From NCBI GenBank assembly GCA_002189035.1, contig CM007992.1, positions 1,302,001 to 1,366,000 of the forward strand: a DNA stretch of 64,000 nt. Direction: 5' to 3'. Shown one piece after another: positions 11,616-26,449 of the stretch. The number at the start of each line of letters is the position of its first letter. Position 1 is the stretch's first letter. The notes under the pieces were generated by a model. That model was not told the origin of the DNA. It did not search any database and saw only the letters and a list, made by a program, of their open reading frames with translations. This DNA comes from Utricularia gibba (Eukaryota > Plantae > Magnoliophyta). The position numbers and the translations under genes were made by a program.

Positions 11616-14600
11616 TCATTGCTTCCTTGGCCTGCCTCTCCGGCCAGATCCCGATCCGCCTCCACCACTTTTAACGCTCTTGTCCGACGAAGCGCGGCCT
11701 CCGCCTCGGCCACGCCCACGCCCACGCCCACGGCCTCTTTTCGCAGGCGAAGAGCGGCCGGAGGTTTTGCCTCTTCCTCTACCCCTACCGGATTTCGCGG
11801 AGCCGTTGAGCAACTCATCCTCGCTATCATCGTAGTCGCTCATCTCCTCCTCCTCTTCCTCACCCGATGAACTATCATCATCTTTCCTTCTCTTCTTTGA
11901 GCTTTGAGGTCTTTTCTCCGAGGTCTCTTCCGCCGCCGGAGGCTCATCGTGCGGCCCTTGGGCTGCTGCTGTTGCACAAGAATTAAATTTTCAAAGAGGA
12001 AAAGCTTACGAGACACACGATGCATTCGCTATACCTTCGTGGGCAGCTTTTCCGTCGACTACTTCAAGCTGGAAAGACACCACGCAAAGAGTTAAAACCA
12101 CAGACCGGCAACCACTTCCACAGGCACGGAGGAGCGTTGAGGAAATGTACCTTTTCAAGTTGATCGGCAGCCTTGTTTCTGTCAACAACGATGACGGAGA
12201 ACGCAGTCCCACAGGCGACACTGCCGGAGGAGCGGCAAAGTTTTCATCTAAAAGCAAACAATGGACTGAAGAAACTGTTAGCACGATGATGCTAACCTGA
12301 TGACATGCATCCCCTCCAACGCGTCCACCTTCTTGGGGATTGCAGATGACCTGCATGTAATGCAAACTGAAGTCAGGAGCACGATCTGAGGAGATGAATC
12401 CAGAGGTTCGTGTAAACAAGCATATACTTTTGTGCAGTTGGGCCATATCCAAGTTCTCCAGACTGTGCATGGCCCCAACTTATGCATGAAGAATCTGCAC
12501 CAACAAAGTGGTGCATGTTGCCGGAATCCATGCAGCGCAGATGCCACCCGCTGTAGGAAACCCCGGTTCATGGAAGGAAGAAAGGAAACAAAAGATATAC
12601 AACAACCATTATGGAAATAAACAACCAGTGGATGAATGCAGCACCTCAAGTCCAAAAGGGGCTTGGGGTACATCCAGTCATCTCCACTGTTCTTTATCTT
12701 GCCCCACATGTAAAGCTGACCACCTCCTGTAGTCCCCAAAATGGCATACAGTATTGGTTTATCAGAACTATCTCATACATGGGCAATAATGCATCCCCTT
12801 GCAGGATTAGAAACACTAAGATTGCCAAAAGAATTGGCATACCAGCTGTACACGAAGAATTTGCAGCGCCTGCAGAAACAACAGCATCAGGAGGTAGAAT
12901 GTTACTCCTTGTGAAGACATCGACGAGACGGGGAACCCATTCATCCTTTTGTTCTCGATGCCCAAGCCTATGAGATAAGCAGGGGATGAGGGCAGGTTTA
13001 CAAAGAAAAAATAAGCAGAAAGAGTATGACCTCAGAAAAACAAATATTACCTCCCATAACCACCAAAACCCCACCTATATAGCAATGATACAAGGAGTAA
13101 AAGAGATCAACAATTAATTGCAATGATCAACAATCAAGAAGGCATTTTCATTATGATTCAAAAACTTGTATAAACAACTTACGTGTAGACATATCCGTTC
13201 TGGTTGACAGCCACTACAAATAGAAAACATGGAAAAAGTTGTGGTTAAGATGATAACCACATAAAAACAGGATTGTTTACTGATGACGAGAGTTGTGGGG
13301 TTTGCATGAAAACAGTGAGAGAAGCATGGAATTTGAGGAAAACCAATCATCATTAGATGAAACAAAAAAATAAGCACTATATATATGGAAATTGTGAATC
13401 AACATTTGAAACCTGTATGGTTAGTTCCGCATGCAACCTTCACAATCGTCTCTCCAGAAAGAGAAGCTATAGCCCTCGGTCGGGGCTGAGGTTCATATGC
13501 AAGTTTCACAGAACTGTCTTTGGTGTTGTACTGTCAGTTGAAAGGAGTTTCAGGGAGAGTATACAATCATGTTTGAATTTCCAGAAATATATGGAATCTT
13601 TTTGCAGTACCTCATTATTAGTACCATGGCCAAGCTGACCATACTGCGGGAGACCAGCCGTTCTGGTGAATAAGAGCAGATAAGGAAATAAGAGTATGTT
13701 TGTTAAAGGACAATCCAGGAAATTAATGCATAACAGAAATCATACAGTATGGATGATCCTTCAACAGAAGTTAACCACACAGTGAAATCGCCACCACAAA
13801 TGGCAGTCTTGACATCTACAGCTTGACAGCGGACTGGAGATGGTTCGATTTCTGAAAGAGAAAAGCAAAATTTGGAGCCACCATCTCCCAACAATTTCAA
13901 ACAAATGCAGAAAACCCGAAACCATATCATAGACAAGGTAAGAGAATCCATTTGTTTCCCAAAATCTAGAAGTGCAGAATACAATGCTAAAGTGACAGGT
14001 TTGGTAGTATCCACAGAATAACAAGTAAAATGAGAACTACATACCTCAGGTCCACTATACCCTTTCCGCATTATAAGTGAGTCTCCTGAAATACTCTACA
14101 AATGGCTAGGCTTACTTACCGTTTTTAATGGAGCTAGATCCAAGTTGGCCATGTTTATTCCAACCGAAAGCAAAAGATGTCCCCTCTGCAGTAACCACCA
14201 CTGAGTGGCATCTACCAGCCCCAGCTTTGACAACTTTATGCCTGGAATCAATGATATGCCTTACAACTGTTCAATACAAAAGCAATACACCAGAAATGAT
14301 ATTGCCTTGTTCTTTGAAGAAGCTTTTTAGATTTTGATATGCTTTATCTCTATACATTAACTTAACCCAGGAAGTCACAAACGGTGCATCTATAAAAAAA
14401 GGCTGCTCTTGTGATCAATAAGCTCAAGCATCATATTAAATATCCCACTTTGAATCCAAATCCAAAATATTAAGTTCAAAATCTTCTTTAAGTTAAATAA
14501 CTGTCACCAAAAGAAGTACATTGTCTATGCACGAAAACCGGAAAAGTTATAAACATAAGAAGCCATACTTGGAGAGTCCTGAAACAATAGTTGGTCTATC

Positions 14601-15039
14601 TCGTTGTAATTTATCCCCATGGCCGAGTTGTCCCTTCTGTGCATCATCAAAACATAGAAGAGAAATGTAAAATCGCATATGATTATTTCATCAAAGGTAA
14701 CAACACAGCATGCCTCATTTCGCCCCCAGGTGTAGCAGCGCCCTTCAATATCCAATGCCACACAGTGACAAGACACTACAATATTTTGCAATGAAAAGTG
14801 AGATCTGGAATACAGAAGAACCAAAAAATTCAAAAAAAAGGTACAAATGCCTTACCACAACCAGCAGCAACGGACCGAATGTTTACACCCATAAGCGGAC
14901 GCAACCTCGTTGGAGAAGCCAAATTCTCCTGTGGAGCAGTTCTCCGCCGGCCCATTGCATCCCACGAAGTTGTCCCACAGAAAAGCAACTCTCCACCGGC
15001 GACCTCCTCCATGGCGTTCTTCTCTTCCACCGTTTCCAT
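11616..15039 (-). CDS. RCC1-repeat protein of the RCC2/TD-60-like plant family (resembles At1g19880), with an acidic and Gly-Arg-rich C-terminal tail
   Basis: N-terminus GGELLFCGTTSWDAMG...LASPTRLRPLMGVNIR, then RCC1 blades (HCVALDIEGRCYTWGRNEKGQLGHGD; GTTGGGQLYMWGKIKNSGDDWMYPKPLLDL; PKKVDALEGMHVIRLA), and a final exon ending GRGRGRG...GRRGRPRKQ*. Confidence 0.88.
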
Positions 15040-16650
15040 ATCCCGCCAATTTGGCTCAACCGCCCGAAATGAAATTCAAATCTTAAGATCCAAAATCCAC
15101 ACTGCCCAATGCCAGATCAGACAAACCCAGGACGAGACAACCTGAAATTAAACAACAACAAAAAACTAGCCCCTTTAACCGCTACCCAGAGGAAAATGAG
15201 GCCAAATGCGGGAGCTCAACAATTGGAAGCTGCACGCTCAAACCCTACAGCCACCACTACGGAGGTAAGCAATAAAATTAATAATAGCAGCAGTAATGGA
15301 AAAGCGAAAAGGCAGATAATTTATGGGCTTTCTCTTCTTTTGGGTTCTCCGTGAAGACAACGACCAATTACCTTTATCGACAAGGAAACATCATTATTAA
15401 GCATTCTTCAACGTTCCGCTTCGAACAGCAACAGAAATTCAATATTTCCCGAAGTATGAACTACCCATTGCAATGAGGCATTTTGTTCACTGGGCATTCC
15501 ACCTACCTCTGAATCTGATGATCGTACCGATCAAAATACACGTACCTGCATAGATCCCAATACACTTATATCAAGCCCACTTGACAGTATTCAATGTTAG
15601 AGTGGCAGATACAAAGAAAAAGCAACTAAATTGATTGTAGGAACTTCGGTCATTGTAATGTTATATCAATGAGAAGAGGCTGCTGCCCATCTCCGGAATC
15701 TGAATTCCGGTTCCGGGCTGTGAGTTGCTAAGCTCGAGTTGGAGTGGTAATTCAAAAGACAAGAGTAGAAAAGATTGTAAATTCATTAAACACGCATTGA
15801 GAAACTTTCTAAGGAAACTAAGGAACCTGTCCCATGTTCAATGTCGCAATAAAGAGGTTGTGCATCTTCCTCTTGCTTTTCAAGGAACCATTCAACATTG
15901 TGCCAAGACAACATGCTCCAAAGACTAGGGAAATTCAACTATTCGATGTAAAGGAAGTGCCTTTAAGCACAATTTTTAGAGGAGAGCTACTACTTTCATT
16001 ACTGTACATTATGTGTTCAAAAAGCAGCAGGCAGCAAGCAATTAACGGTTGAATGTAATAGACTGTGTCCAAATTATCTAGGAAGATGACCCTGTGGCAT
16101 CTCTGTGCTTTGCCTGGCGCACTGTAGCTTGAATCGGGGCTGACCGCTAATTGAGCGTGGTTTTTAGAATATTTCATTATACATGTAGATTACACACTGG
16201 TATCGGAATTTCACCAGTCCGGAAAACGATGCAACTATAGAGGGCCTTTCACTATAAATAAGGAGAATCGTTTGTTATCACTTGCTAATGCTTTTTAAAT
16301 AGTTTCCAGGTGCAACAAGCAAACTCTACTCGGCATAAATCATCCCACATATCAATTAGCTAGACACAAAGCGGGACAGAAAATCCCAGTATTTCCAGAT
16401 ATCTATCAAAATGAGGTATTCAAACCAGTAGCAAATGCCAACACCGGTCAGTATCTTCAATTTGCACAAGGCATGTTGACACTGGGCATGGTCAGTATTT
16501 GCATCAGTTAATCCTACTGGCTCACGATCAACCGGAACATCATCTGCATTGTGTACATCAGTGTATCCTAACGTTGGTGGGAGGACTAAAAAGTTCAAAA
16601 CATCCAGAATATGCAGTGCAGAAGATTACCCCAAGACCATGTTCACCAAT

Positions 16651-17397
16651 CTAACTTGAATGTGTTTTCTTCTCAATGCTCGATTTGCTCAGGACTACAA
16701 CCCCAACTACGATAAGAGAAGCACCTGCAAACCACTGCACCATAGTGCTTGCATTAGGTATATACAACTTCGAATTGTTTTTCTCTACATGAGATAGAAT
16801 GCATCTCCCAATTTCAACAAAAGAAACACCATGACCATCAATCACATTTTCGTGAATGAAAGTTTACAAATTTACCTTGACAGGCAGTGCCTCCTCGAAG
16901 AGGAAGAACCCAGCCAAACCAGAGGACAAGAAGTTGGTAGCAAAATTTGTCACTGTAGCTTGCAAAGATGAGAGAGACTTCATGCTATTCACATAGCATC
17001 CCCACATCACCACATTGAACAATGCAACCAAAATATATTTCAACTGCAAAATTCAGGATCACATATAAAAGAAATCAACAGATTGCATATCAATACAGAA
17101 GATAGGGATAGAAACATTCACTTGTAAAGCTCATACGATATTTTTCCGGGAAACCCGCAAATTAAAAAGTTCAATCAGGAACGCATACAATACAATTTCA
17201 ACTTAAACAAATCAGGACATGAACAGCAAGGAAAAAATAAGCGACGAACCCGCACCTTCACAAATGCCCAGAATCGCAAAACAAAGAGACATTAACGTCA
17301 CCTGGGATTCAAAAAGCTTGGCAGATATCGCGGCCAGAGCTGCGTTCACTCCAGCCGAAACAGACCACAAATATCCTTTCCTGTTCTCACTTCCCAT
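16651..17397 (-). CDS. TMEM42: TMEM42-like small multi-pass membrane protein (DMT/EamA-like), 3 exons
   Basis: MGSENRKGYLWSVSAGVNAALAAISAKLFESQ|LKYILVALFNVVMWGCYVNSMKSLSSLQATVTNFATNFLSSGLAGFFLFEEALPVK|WFAGASLIVVGVVVLSKSSIEKKTHSS*; four hydrophobic segments. Confidence 0.75.
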
Positions 17398-18423
17398 ATC
17401 AATTCCTAATCATGCGGCTGCGTCGGAAATGTCAAGATCTTAGTCAATGACACCCGCACGTTTGTCCTGACGAAGAAAACGAGATTCAGAAATCCACCAT
17501 CTAACGCTCTAGTCTGAGATCCACTCCCCAACGTTTTGCTAACGTTTACAATAAGTATGAAATATTATATTTATATATAAAAACAATTATGTCCTAATTA
17601 TTTTTTAATGTGAATAAAAAATAATATAAAATATACACTGAAAGACATGTCTTAAAATTTAAATATATTAAATTCTAATTTTAATTTTCGTAAATCTTAT
17701 CTTATTTAACAAATATAAGATTTTGATATGTTTATTAATATTTCTTATTATCATACACCACCACACCGAGTACATACCTCATCGAAGAGAAAGTATGATT
17801 TCGACGTAATGTCACATGAGTAATATATAAAATAAAATATTATTTCTCCTTATTTTCAATAAACTTGTGCATGACATTTAAAAATATCTAAAATTAATTT
17901 AAAATTACACTATCCGATTAAAATAAACGTTCGTATCAAATACCTATATTAAATAAAACATGTTTTAAAATATACACAATATTTTTAAAATTGACACAAT
18001 TTGTTTTCAATATTTAATGAAAATAACATAATTAATCACCATTGATATATTTAGTTCCCAAATTTTAGAGAATCATATACATTTAATATTCAGATTTTGA
18101 TATACCAAACATATTTAGTTTCCAATCGTATTTACTTAAATCATTTTTAGTCTATATTATTTAAATATCAATTATAATTGATTCTCAATATTTAAAAATC
18201 GAATATATTTGATATTCATTATTTCATAATTTGATAAAGTTAATTCATATTTTGTTTCGACCTACCTTCCATGTCATTGAAGGTTAATCGATAATAATAA
18301 AATTGAATTAGGAAAAAATTAAAGTTTGAAATTGAAGATTAAATAGTGGTGATTGATTTTATCCAGTTTTGAGGCAATAGTGATCATTCATGAATGATTC
18401 GTAAACTAAAACATTGTTTATAA

Positions 18424-18628
18424 AGTGTGTTTGGTAGAAAATATAAAAGATTATAATTAAATAAAAAAAATAAAAACATGATATTTGATAAATGAGATAA
18501 ATTATATTTTTATGAATATGAGATAAAATAATAAAATAAAGAATTTAAATAAAATTATGATGTCACATACATGCTCTCTATATATCCCTTTTATTTCAGA
18601 TATAATTTATATATGTATCAAACACACT
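18424..18628. mobile_element. Tourist-like (PIF/Harbinger-derived) MITE, about 205 bp
   Basis: 13-bp imperfect TIR AGTGTGTTTG(G/A)TA at both ends with an AT-rich interior. Flanks are TAA and TAT, so the TSD is imperfect. Confidence 0.5.
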
Positions 18629-18937
18629 TATAAGGATTAATAATGCAGTCTTATTCAAGTTAACCTGGGAGTGTAAAGAATGAGATGTTGAGTAATTTTT
18701 GCGAGATAGAGCGATCTCCTTTTGCCCCATTTCATCAGATGGTGGAATCCCAGAGAAGCAAAGCATACAGAAGACTTCGATTTCAAATGCCAAGCAGAGC
18801 ATAGTATTCGCTGGCACTTTTAAATAAGCTGGGAGAGCAGTTTGCGGCTGCTAGTGATCACCACTAGTCATATTTACACAAGTCTAGAGGCTTTTTAGCA
18901 AGCATTCTAGCTAATGGCATGGCATGGGATGCCCAGC

Positions 18938-20490
<1,553 letters not shown>

Positions 20491-20579
20491 GGAAGGGGCA
20501 AAGAGAGCAACGAGATATTTCGCCTTTTTTTCTTCCTCTCGTTAGGTATCTACAGCGACTTTAAAGAGAGGAGATAGGG

Positions 20580-20740
20580 GAAGGCCCAATAATCTATCGC
20601 CACGTTGCTGCATTTAAATGGGCGAAATGAGCTTCACGCCACTTCATGGATGACGGCATGTTCTTTGGGTGGCTTGTGGCTTCACGCAACACCTTCGGCC
20701 CAATGAATAGGGCCCATTAATAAATTTAAAGCCCATGAAA
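20580..20740 (-). promoter_or_regulatory. Cluster of site II-like (GGCCCA/AGCCCA) elements upstream of RD19
   Basis: Several GGCCCA/GCCCAT motifs lie 90-250 bp upstream of the RD19 ATG. Confidence 0.4.
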
Positions 20741-21803
20741 CCTAAAACATTTTTTAAATTAAATTAGAATATCTAAAATTAGAAATATAATGCAAATTCA
20801 TAAGCTCAGAAATATATTAAATTGAAAATTAATATTGTGACTCTTGTAAATAGGTACAATCTATTTTCATGGCACCTATTTTAAAAAATATGATAAAATG
20901 TGAAAGAAAACTTAAATTATAATATTATTGCACATTAATGTGGCACAAATTATAAATTTTTCGAAATAAAATAATACACTCATTAATTGAAGTGCGCATT
21001 CAAATTATTTTTTAAAATTTAAATAGTTTTAATTTTATAATTTAAGTTTAATCTAACCAAAATTTAAGCTAAATAATACATGATATATATATATATATAT
21101 ACACACATGCATGTATATCACATATAAGTTGATTGTTAAATTAAAGATTCAATAGATTGAATGAATATATATAAAAGCTTAAATGTATAAAAAATATGTC
21201 TCATATTAAAAAAAATAATTTTAATAAATTAATAGTAATTTATAATTTTTTCATATTAGTAATCATTTCAATTTAATCCCTTGATTGGAAATTGATTGTT
21301 CTAATATTTGCTCACAAATCGAACTTGTTTTTATTTAGGTTAAGACTTATTTTTTTGTGATTATGAGTATTGGTCTAATGGAAGTCTAATGTATTTTATT
21401 GTTTTTTTTAACCTAAAATCAGACCAATATGAATTCCCACCCAGACAGATTTAGTATTGTATGTTATTATCAAGATTGTGAAACCGGTTGGGTTACACGT
21501 TCGAGCGGAGGGTGGATCCGATCCGACCCGACCCGAGAAAAACACAGTGTTGGGGTTTGCGAAAAGTGGTGTTGTTTTGTTTCTGGTAAAGCAGGGGCAT
21601 GGGCAGGAGCAGCACAAATGTTGAGGATGAGCAGAGACATGAAATGAAACCTCAATCACAAACAAGCAGCAGCACCCTCACGCTCACGCATCTACCTGCG
21701 TGTACCTTAAGAGAGGAGAGAAGAGTAGTTAATTGGCATTGAATACAGGTTAAAAAGAAAGAAAGAAAGAAAGAAAGAAATGCACGTAGTCAAGTCATTC
21801 ATT

Positions 21804-21833
<30 letters not shown>
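21804..21833. repeat. (CCTGTG)5 hexanucleotide microsatellite within an SSR-rich island
   Basis: Read directly; (AAAG)n at about 21757-21780 and (GAT)n at about 22304-22327 lie nearby. Confidence 0.9.
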
Positions 21834-21834
<1 letters not shown>

Positions 21835-23388
21835 TGTGCTGTGCGCTTCCCTTTGTCATGTCGCCATTGAATTTTGCAGCGAGCGAGCGAGCGAAACAAA
21901 TGAATACGATAAATGTCGAGGAGCGGGCAGCAGGAAAACCCAGATTCCTCAGCAGCAGCAACTTTAATCACCACGTGGGACCATGGCGACCACCCCTCCC
22001 ACAACACAACCCCAACCCCAACCCCGCCTGCCTCCTCCTCCTGCTCCTGCTTCTGCTCCTGCTGCGCTCCCTGTCCCCACGGTCAAACCCAAATCATGAG
22101 CTCCCGCCCTACACTTCCACTTCCTCGCCTCTCCACCACACCCTTTTTCTGCTTTTCAAATAATACTAATACAATACCAGCCAGCGGGTTTGGAATTTGG
22201 AAATGGAGGCGAGGAGTGGGAGTCCAGTGGGCGTCTGCGGATGGCTTTTTGGGTGTCCCCGAAAAATGCAACAGGGGGCATTAAAGCCACCCGAGAAAGG
22301 TTGATGATGAGGATGATGATGATGATGAAGAACCCTGCGTCGCAGAGGGCGGAAGGAAAGAGAGAGGGGACCAGTCCAGCCCAGTCGCACCCACGCCCTT
22401 TGCACCATTTTCAACTCCTTCACAGAAGAAATCTGCAGGGGCCTGTTGCTGTAGATATCCTCTAGCTTATCGCGTACCTTTCAACCGCCTGACAATATTT
22501 TCTAGCCTCCCTCCTACTCCTACACTTCACAAAAACCAAATCTATATTAATATTGTAAACCCAGGAATCGGAATCTTTGCCTTTTTCCCTTCAAAAATTA
22601 ATAAAAAACCAAATATCAACATCTAACTCCTATACTATATTATCTATTTTCATTAATTAATTTTCAAAAGCTTATGTTTTTCTCTTTGTAATATATTGTT
22701 TGTTTTGAGAATTATGATTTTATATCTTTTTTATTTAGATAAAATACTTCATACAATATTAGGATGATTCGTATATTTAAACATATTTAATCTCCTATCG
22801 GTAACTAATGTGATATACTGTTATAAGTTCTCTGAATATATATTCTCTTTTTAAAAAAAATATCATATAGATTATGATACCACTTTATTTAAATATATTC
22901 ACTTAATTATTCATAACTAATTTGTAATATCGATATCTTATTTAATTCAAAATATCATGATCCATGTTTTTATTATATAATACTATCAATTTTAGAAATT
23001 CAATTTTTACACTTTCCAGAAATAATTTAATTAAGCGCATTTTTTTTCGTATCTAACCAATCCTTTGGATGGGGTCTTATATTAAATTTGTTTGAAACAT
23101 TTTTCTATTTAAAAATAAATATTTTATATTTAAAAATAAAAAAGTATTCATTACTTTTAATAAAATATAAATTTTTAATTACTATTTTATTAGAAATAGT
23201 TTTCAACAAATATAACCAATAAAATAAAGAACGAATTTTGAGGATAAATAAAATGAATTGAAATGAAGTGGATTTTAGGGCATCATGTGTTGTATTAAAG
23301 GGATCGCTCAAAAGTATCTGCAATTCCCAATGCTCATTTCAAAGCTTTCTTCTTCCTTCGGAGTTTCGTTTGCAGATCAAGGGCAGCC

Positions 23389-24925
23389 ATGGTTTCCGAA
23401 GATTCCACGAATTCCAACTCAAATATGCTGCACCACTTCTTCATCACCAACTCCATCCAAACCCAGAACCACTTTGGAGGAGATCATCACCATTTCAATG
23501 CGTATGGAGCTTCTGCGAACTCCAATGCCGCTGCAGGCCACTACGCGCATCCTTTGCATTCATCCATTCTTGCCGACAGGATTGCGAGATCCGTCGACCT
23601 CGGACACGCTCCCCAAATGTCTGAAGAATCGAATATGACTTCTGTTCACGATACCCGGTTAATGGATCTTCTTGGAACTTCCACCGAAGCAACTGGCCCT
23701 GCGAGGATGCTTTCCCTGTCCTTGGGCTCTGTTTCGTGCAGGCAGAGACCGGCTATGAATCAAGCGTTTGTTGATCATGGGTGCTTTGACTCCTTTTACG
23801 CTCCAGCGTCGAATCAATGCTGCTCCACTTCGTCCTATGGAACTGAATCGTTTACGGCCGCCATTGGGAACTCCAAGTACTTGAAGCCTGCCCAGGCGCT
23901 GCTTGAGGAAATGGTTAGTGTTGCGGGGAAGGAGATTGATGAGGGGAACCAGAAGTTCGTGGAGGAGCTCTCGAACAATGCCGTGAAGGGGATTTATACT
24001 CTGTCTTCGGAGCTTCGGGCGGAGCTCTCCCATGGCGAATTGGTCGACGAGCAGGGAACTTATCTCAATCTTCTTAAGCTACTTTCCCTTCTGGAGGAGG
24101 TAAGTACAGGAAATGCAATCATCCATTCCCAATAGTGTTCTGCTTCTGCTTCTTCTTCTTGGTTTGAGTAGAAGGATGGAATTTGCAGGTGGAACGACGA
24201 TACGATGAGTACCACCGGAAATTGGACGGCGTCGTTTCTTCGTTCGAGATAATCGCCGGTCTGGGCGCCGGGAAATCGTACACTGCTCTAGCCCTACAAG
24301 CCATGTCGAAGCACTTTGCTGCGCTAAAAAAAGCGATTGTGTCTCAGATTCGAGCTGCGAAGCACAAGATTGAGAAGGAAATGCCTAAAATCAGCTCACG
24401 GCTGTCGCAACTTTCCTTGTTCGACCAGGAAACCAGACACAATCACAATCACAACCGCGTGTCTCTCCAACAACTTGGGCTTCTCCAGAACTCCCGTCAG
24501 GCTTTCCGGCCAATCAGAGGCCTCCCCGAGAACTCCGTCGCCATTCTTCGTGCCTGGCTCTTCGAACACTTTCTTCATCCGTACGCGTTTCCTTGGAAAA
24601 TGCCCCTTGTTTGATTGTTACCTTCATTATTTGTGCTTGATCTGAAGCCATGTTTGTTTTCCCAGTTATCCCAACGACTCGGAGAAGCTGATGCTGGCGT
24701 CGCAGACCGGATTATCCAAGAACCAGGTGGGCATCTTCTTCTTCCATGGATAGATCACAGGCACATTCATTCACTCACACGCTTGGTGACTTAAACCGCG
24801 TGGGCCTGCGTCTGTTGCAGGTTTCGAACTGGTTCATAAATGCTAGAGTGAGGCTGTGGAAGCCGATGATCGAGGAGATGTACAAGGATGAGTTCGGAGA
24901 GTTCTCAACAGAGTCTGATCAGTAA
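23389..24925 (+). CDS. BLH11: BEL1-like TALE homeodomain protein, BLH11-like; exons 23389-24099, 24189-24580, 24666-24726, 24821-24925
   Basis: SKY box ([19 protein letters not shown]), BELL domain ([12 protein letters not shown]...[13 protein letters not shown]), and homeodomain [61 protein letters not shown]. The 61-nt third exon is typical of BEL1 genes. An MVSED.. start and short C-tail fit BLH11. Confidence 0.88.
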
Positions 24926-25117
24926 GACGGGCGCCCCTTCCCCTTCCTCTGTCGTGTTTCTGGGGGTTCCCCCTTCTCTGTTTTTCCTTCATCTTCATCG
25001 GAAAATTGAAACTAAAGAATCCTTCTCATAATTCACCATCACCATCGCGCCTGCTTCCTCTCGTCTCCTCCCTCTCTCTGCCAAAACAATAAACAACAAT
25101 ATGCTCTGAGGCACTTA

Positions 25118-25667
25118 TCACAGACATCTCAGGACTCGAACCAATGTGCCTTCCGGGCATTCTTGCAATTGTTTCAGACTGTATCTACCGATGGAGACCA
25201 GTCGTCTCATTGTCGCATTCACCTCGGAGGCCTTCACATGGGGTTTAGCAAGAAAATGATACTACGATCTGAAACAAGACACCGATGGAAACAGGCTGCA
25301 ATGGAGTGCGCGGCGGGAAAGCAATGCCGACAGCAGCACCATACCTGCAACAAAGTGCGAAGAGAGAGAGACCCTGATAAATAAAGCAGCTCCTTTCGTC
25401 TGTCCATGGATACAACAACTCCATAGCCTACGAGATGATGCACAGTTGAAGAAAGCATTGAGTTAGTGAAGTGGGGTGTGGATTGATAGCCATTGGGGCA
25501 ACCTGAAAGGCAGTTGATGGTTACTTGCATCTTTTTAGGCAACTGGTGACTTGATATTTGGGCATCTGTCCTTGCGAATCATCTCCTTTGTCGTCGCTGT
25601 CCTTGCCTTGTTTCTGCTACTGGAAGAGGACAGACATGACGCCCCTTCCACCAACTGCTCCGAGCAT
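25118..25667 (-). pseudogene. Unidentified three-exon gene remnant with two in-frame stops
   Basis: Canonical GT-AG introns at 25524-25428 and 25344-25269 keep one reading frame: ARSSWWKGRHVCPLPVAETRQGQRRQRR*FARTDAQISSHQLPKKMQ|AMELLYPWTDERSCFIYQGLSLFALCCR|S*YHFLAKPHVKASEVNATMRRLVSIGRYSLKQLQECPEGTLVRVLRCL*. Family not recognised. Confidence 0.5.
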
Positions 25668-26279
25668 CTACAAAAAGGAAGAGATGATTATTATTGAATA
25701 ATAATATTATAGATATATTAATTTATTTTTCCTGTCTAAACTTATTTTGGGCAAACATATGTGATACATTTTTTATTTTAACTTAGTTGGAATGATTTCT
25801 AGTTCGTGTGGACAAGCTAGATTTATCATAGTTTCGATACTATTAGTGATGTAATATATCGTTGGTTACAAAAAGTGGAAAAATGTTGTTTTTCCCACTT
25901 TATACTACACGTAACCCGATAGTAGTATTAGAGCAATAATTCACATGGGCGTTGACATCTGAACTTTTCTTCATATCTGCACCAAATAGCCTCCTTTGTA
26001 GCTTCTGAAAGTGCTATATATTCAGCTTATGTGGTGGAATTTACAGTCATTTCTTGTTTGGAAGTTTTACAATCAACTGCTTCACCATTTACAGGAAAAA
26101 TTAAGTTGAGAAAGAATCCATTTGATTTTCTTTTTCATAAAAAAATATTGGATACGTGTACATGAATTCATGTGTGTATGCGTGAATTCATGTATCCAAT
26201 ACGTAAATTTGTATAAAACGGGAGAATTCATGGGTCATAGTATTAAAGTTGAAATTAGACCTAACTCAAAAAAAATTGT

Positions 26280-26325
26280 TTGGGCCTATTTGAATGTAGG
26301 CCCAATAAGATGTGGCCCGTATTGA
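26280..26325 (+). promoter_or_regulatory. Site II / TGGGC-type elements in the proteasome gene promoter
   Basis: TGGGCC, GGCCCA and TGGCCC are clustered about 130-170 bp upstream of the PAF ATG. Confidence 0.4.
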
Positions 26326-26449
26326 ATTTGTTTATTTATTAATTTAATTTTTTTCTGTCATTGGCTTGGGAAGAAAGAAAAACAGCCCTCATTTTTGTTC
26401 GAGAGATTCAGAGTTTGTTCAATTTCTGCTTTGCTGAAGACATTGGAAG

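Noticed and set aside
16500-16549. C/D snoRNA-like arrangement (TGATG...CTGA with a TGCA stem) on the minus strand
   Set aside because: The C box is imperfect and the span is too short (about 50 nt).
23297-23307. AAAGGGATCGC, an 11-nt match to miR393
   Set aside because: Only a partial match, with no foldback partner; it lies in the BLH11 leader.
25132-25142. GGTTCGAGTCC (tRNA T-loop/B-box-like) on the minus strand
   Set aside because: No T-stem pairing, no A-box and no cloverleaf; it lies inside the putative exon remnant.
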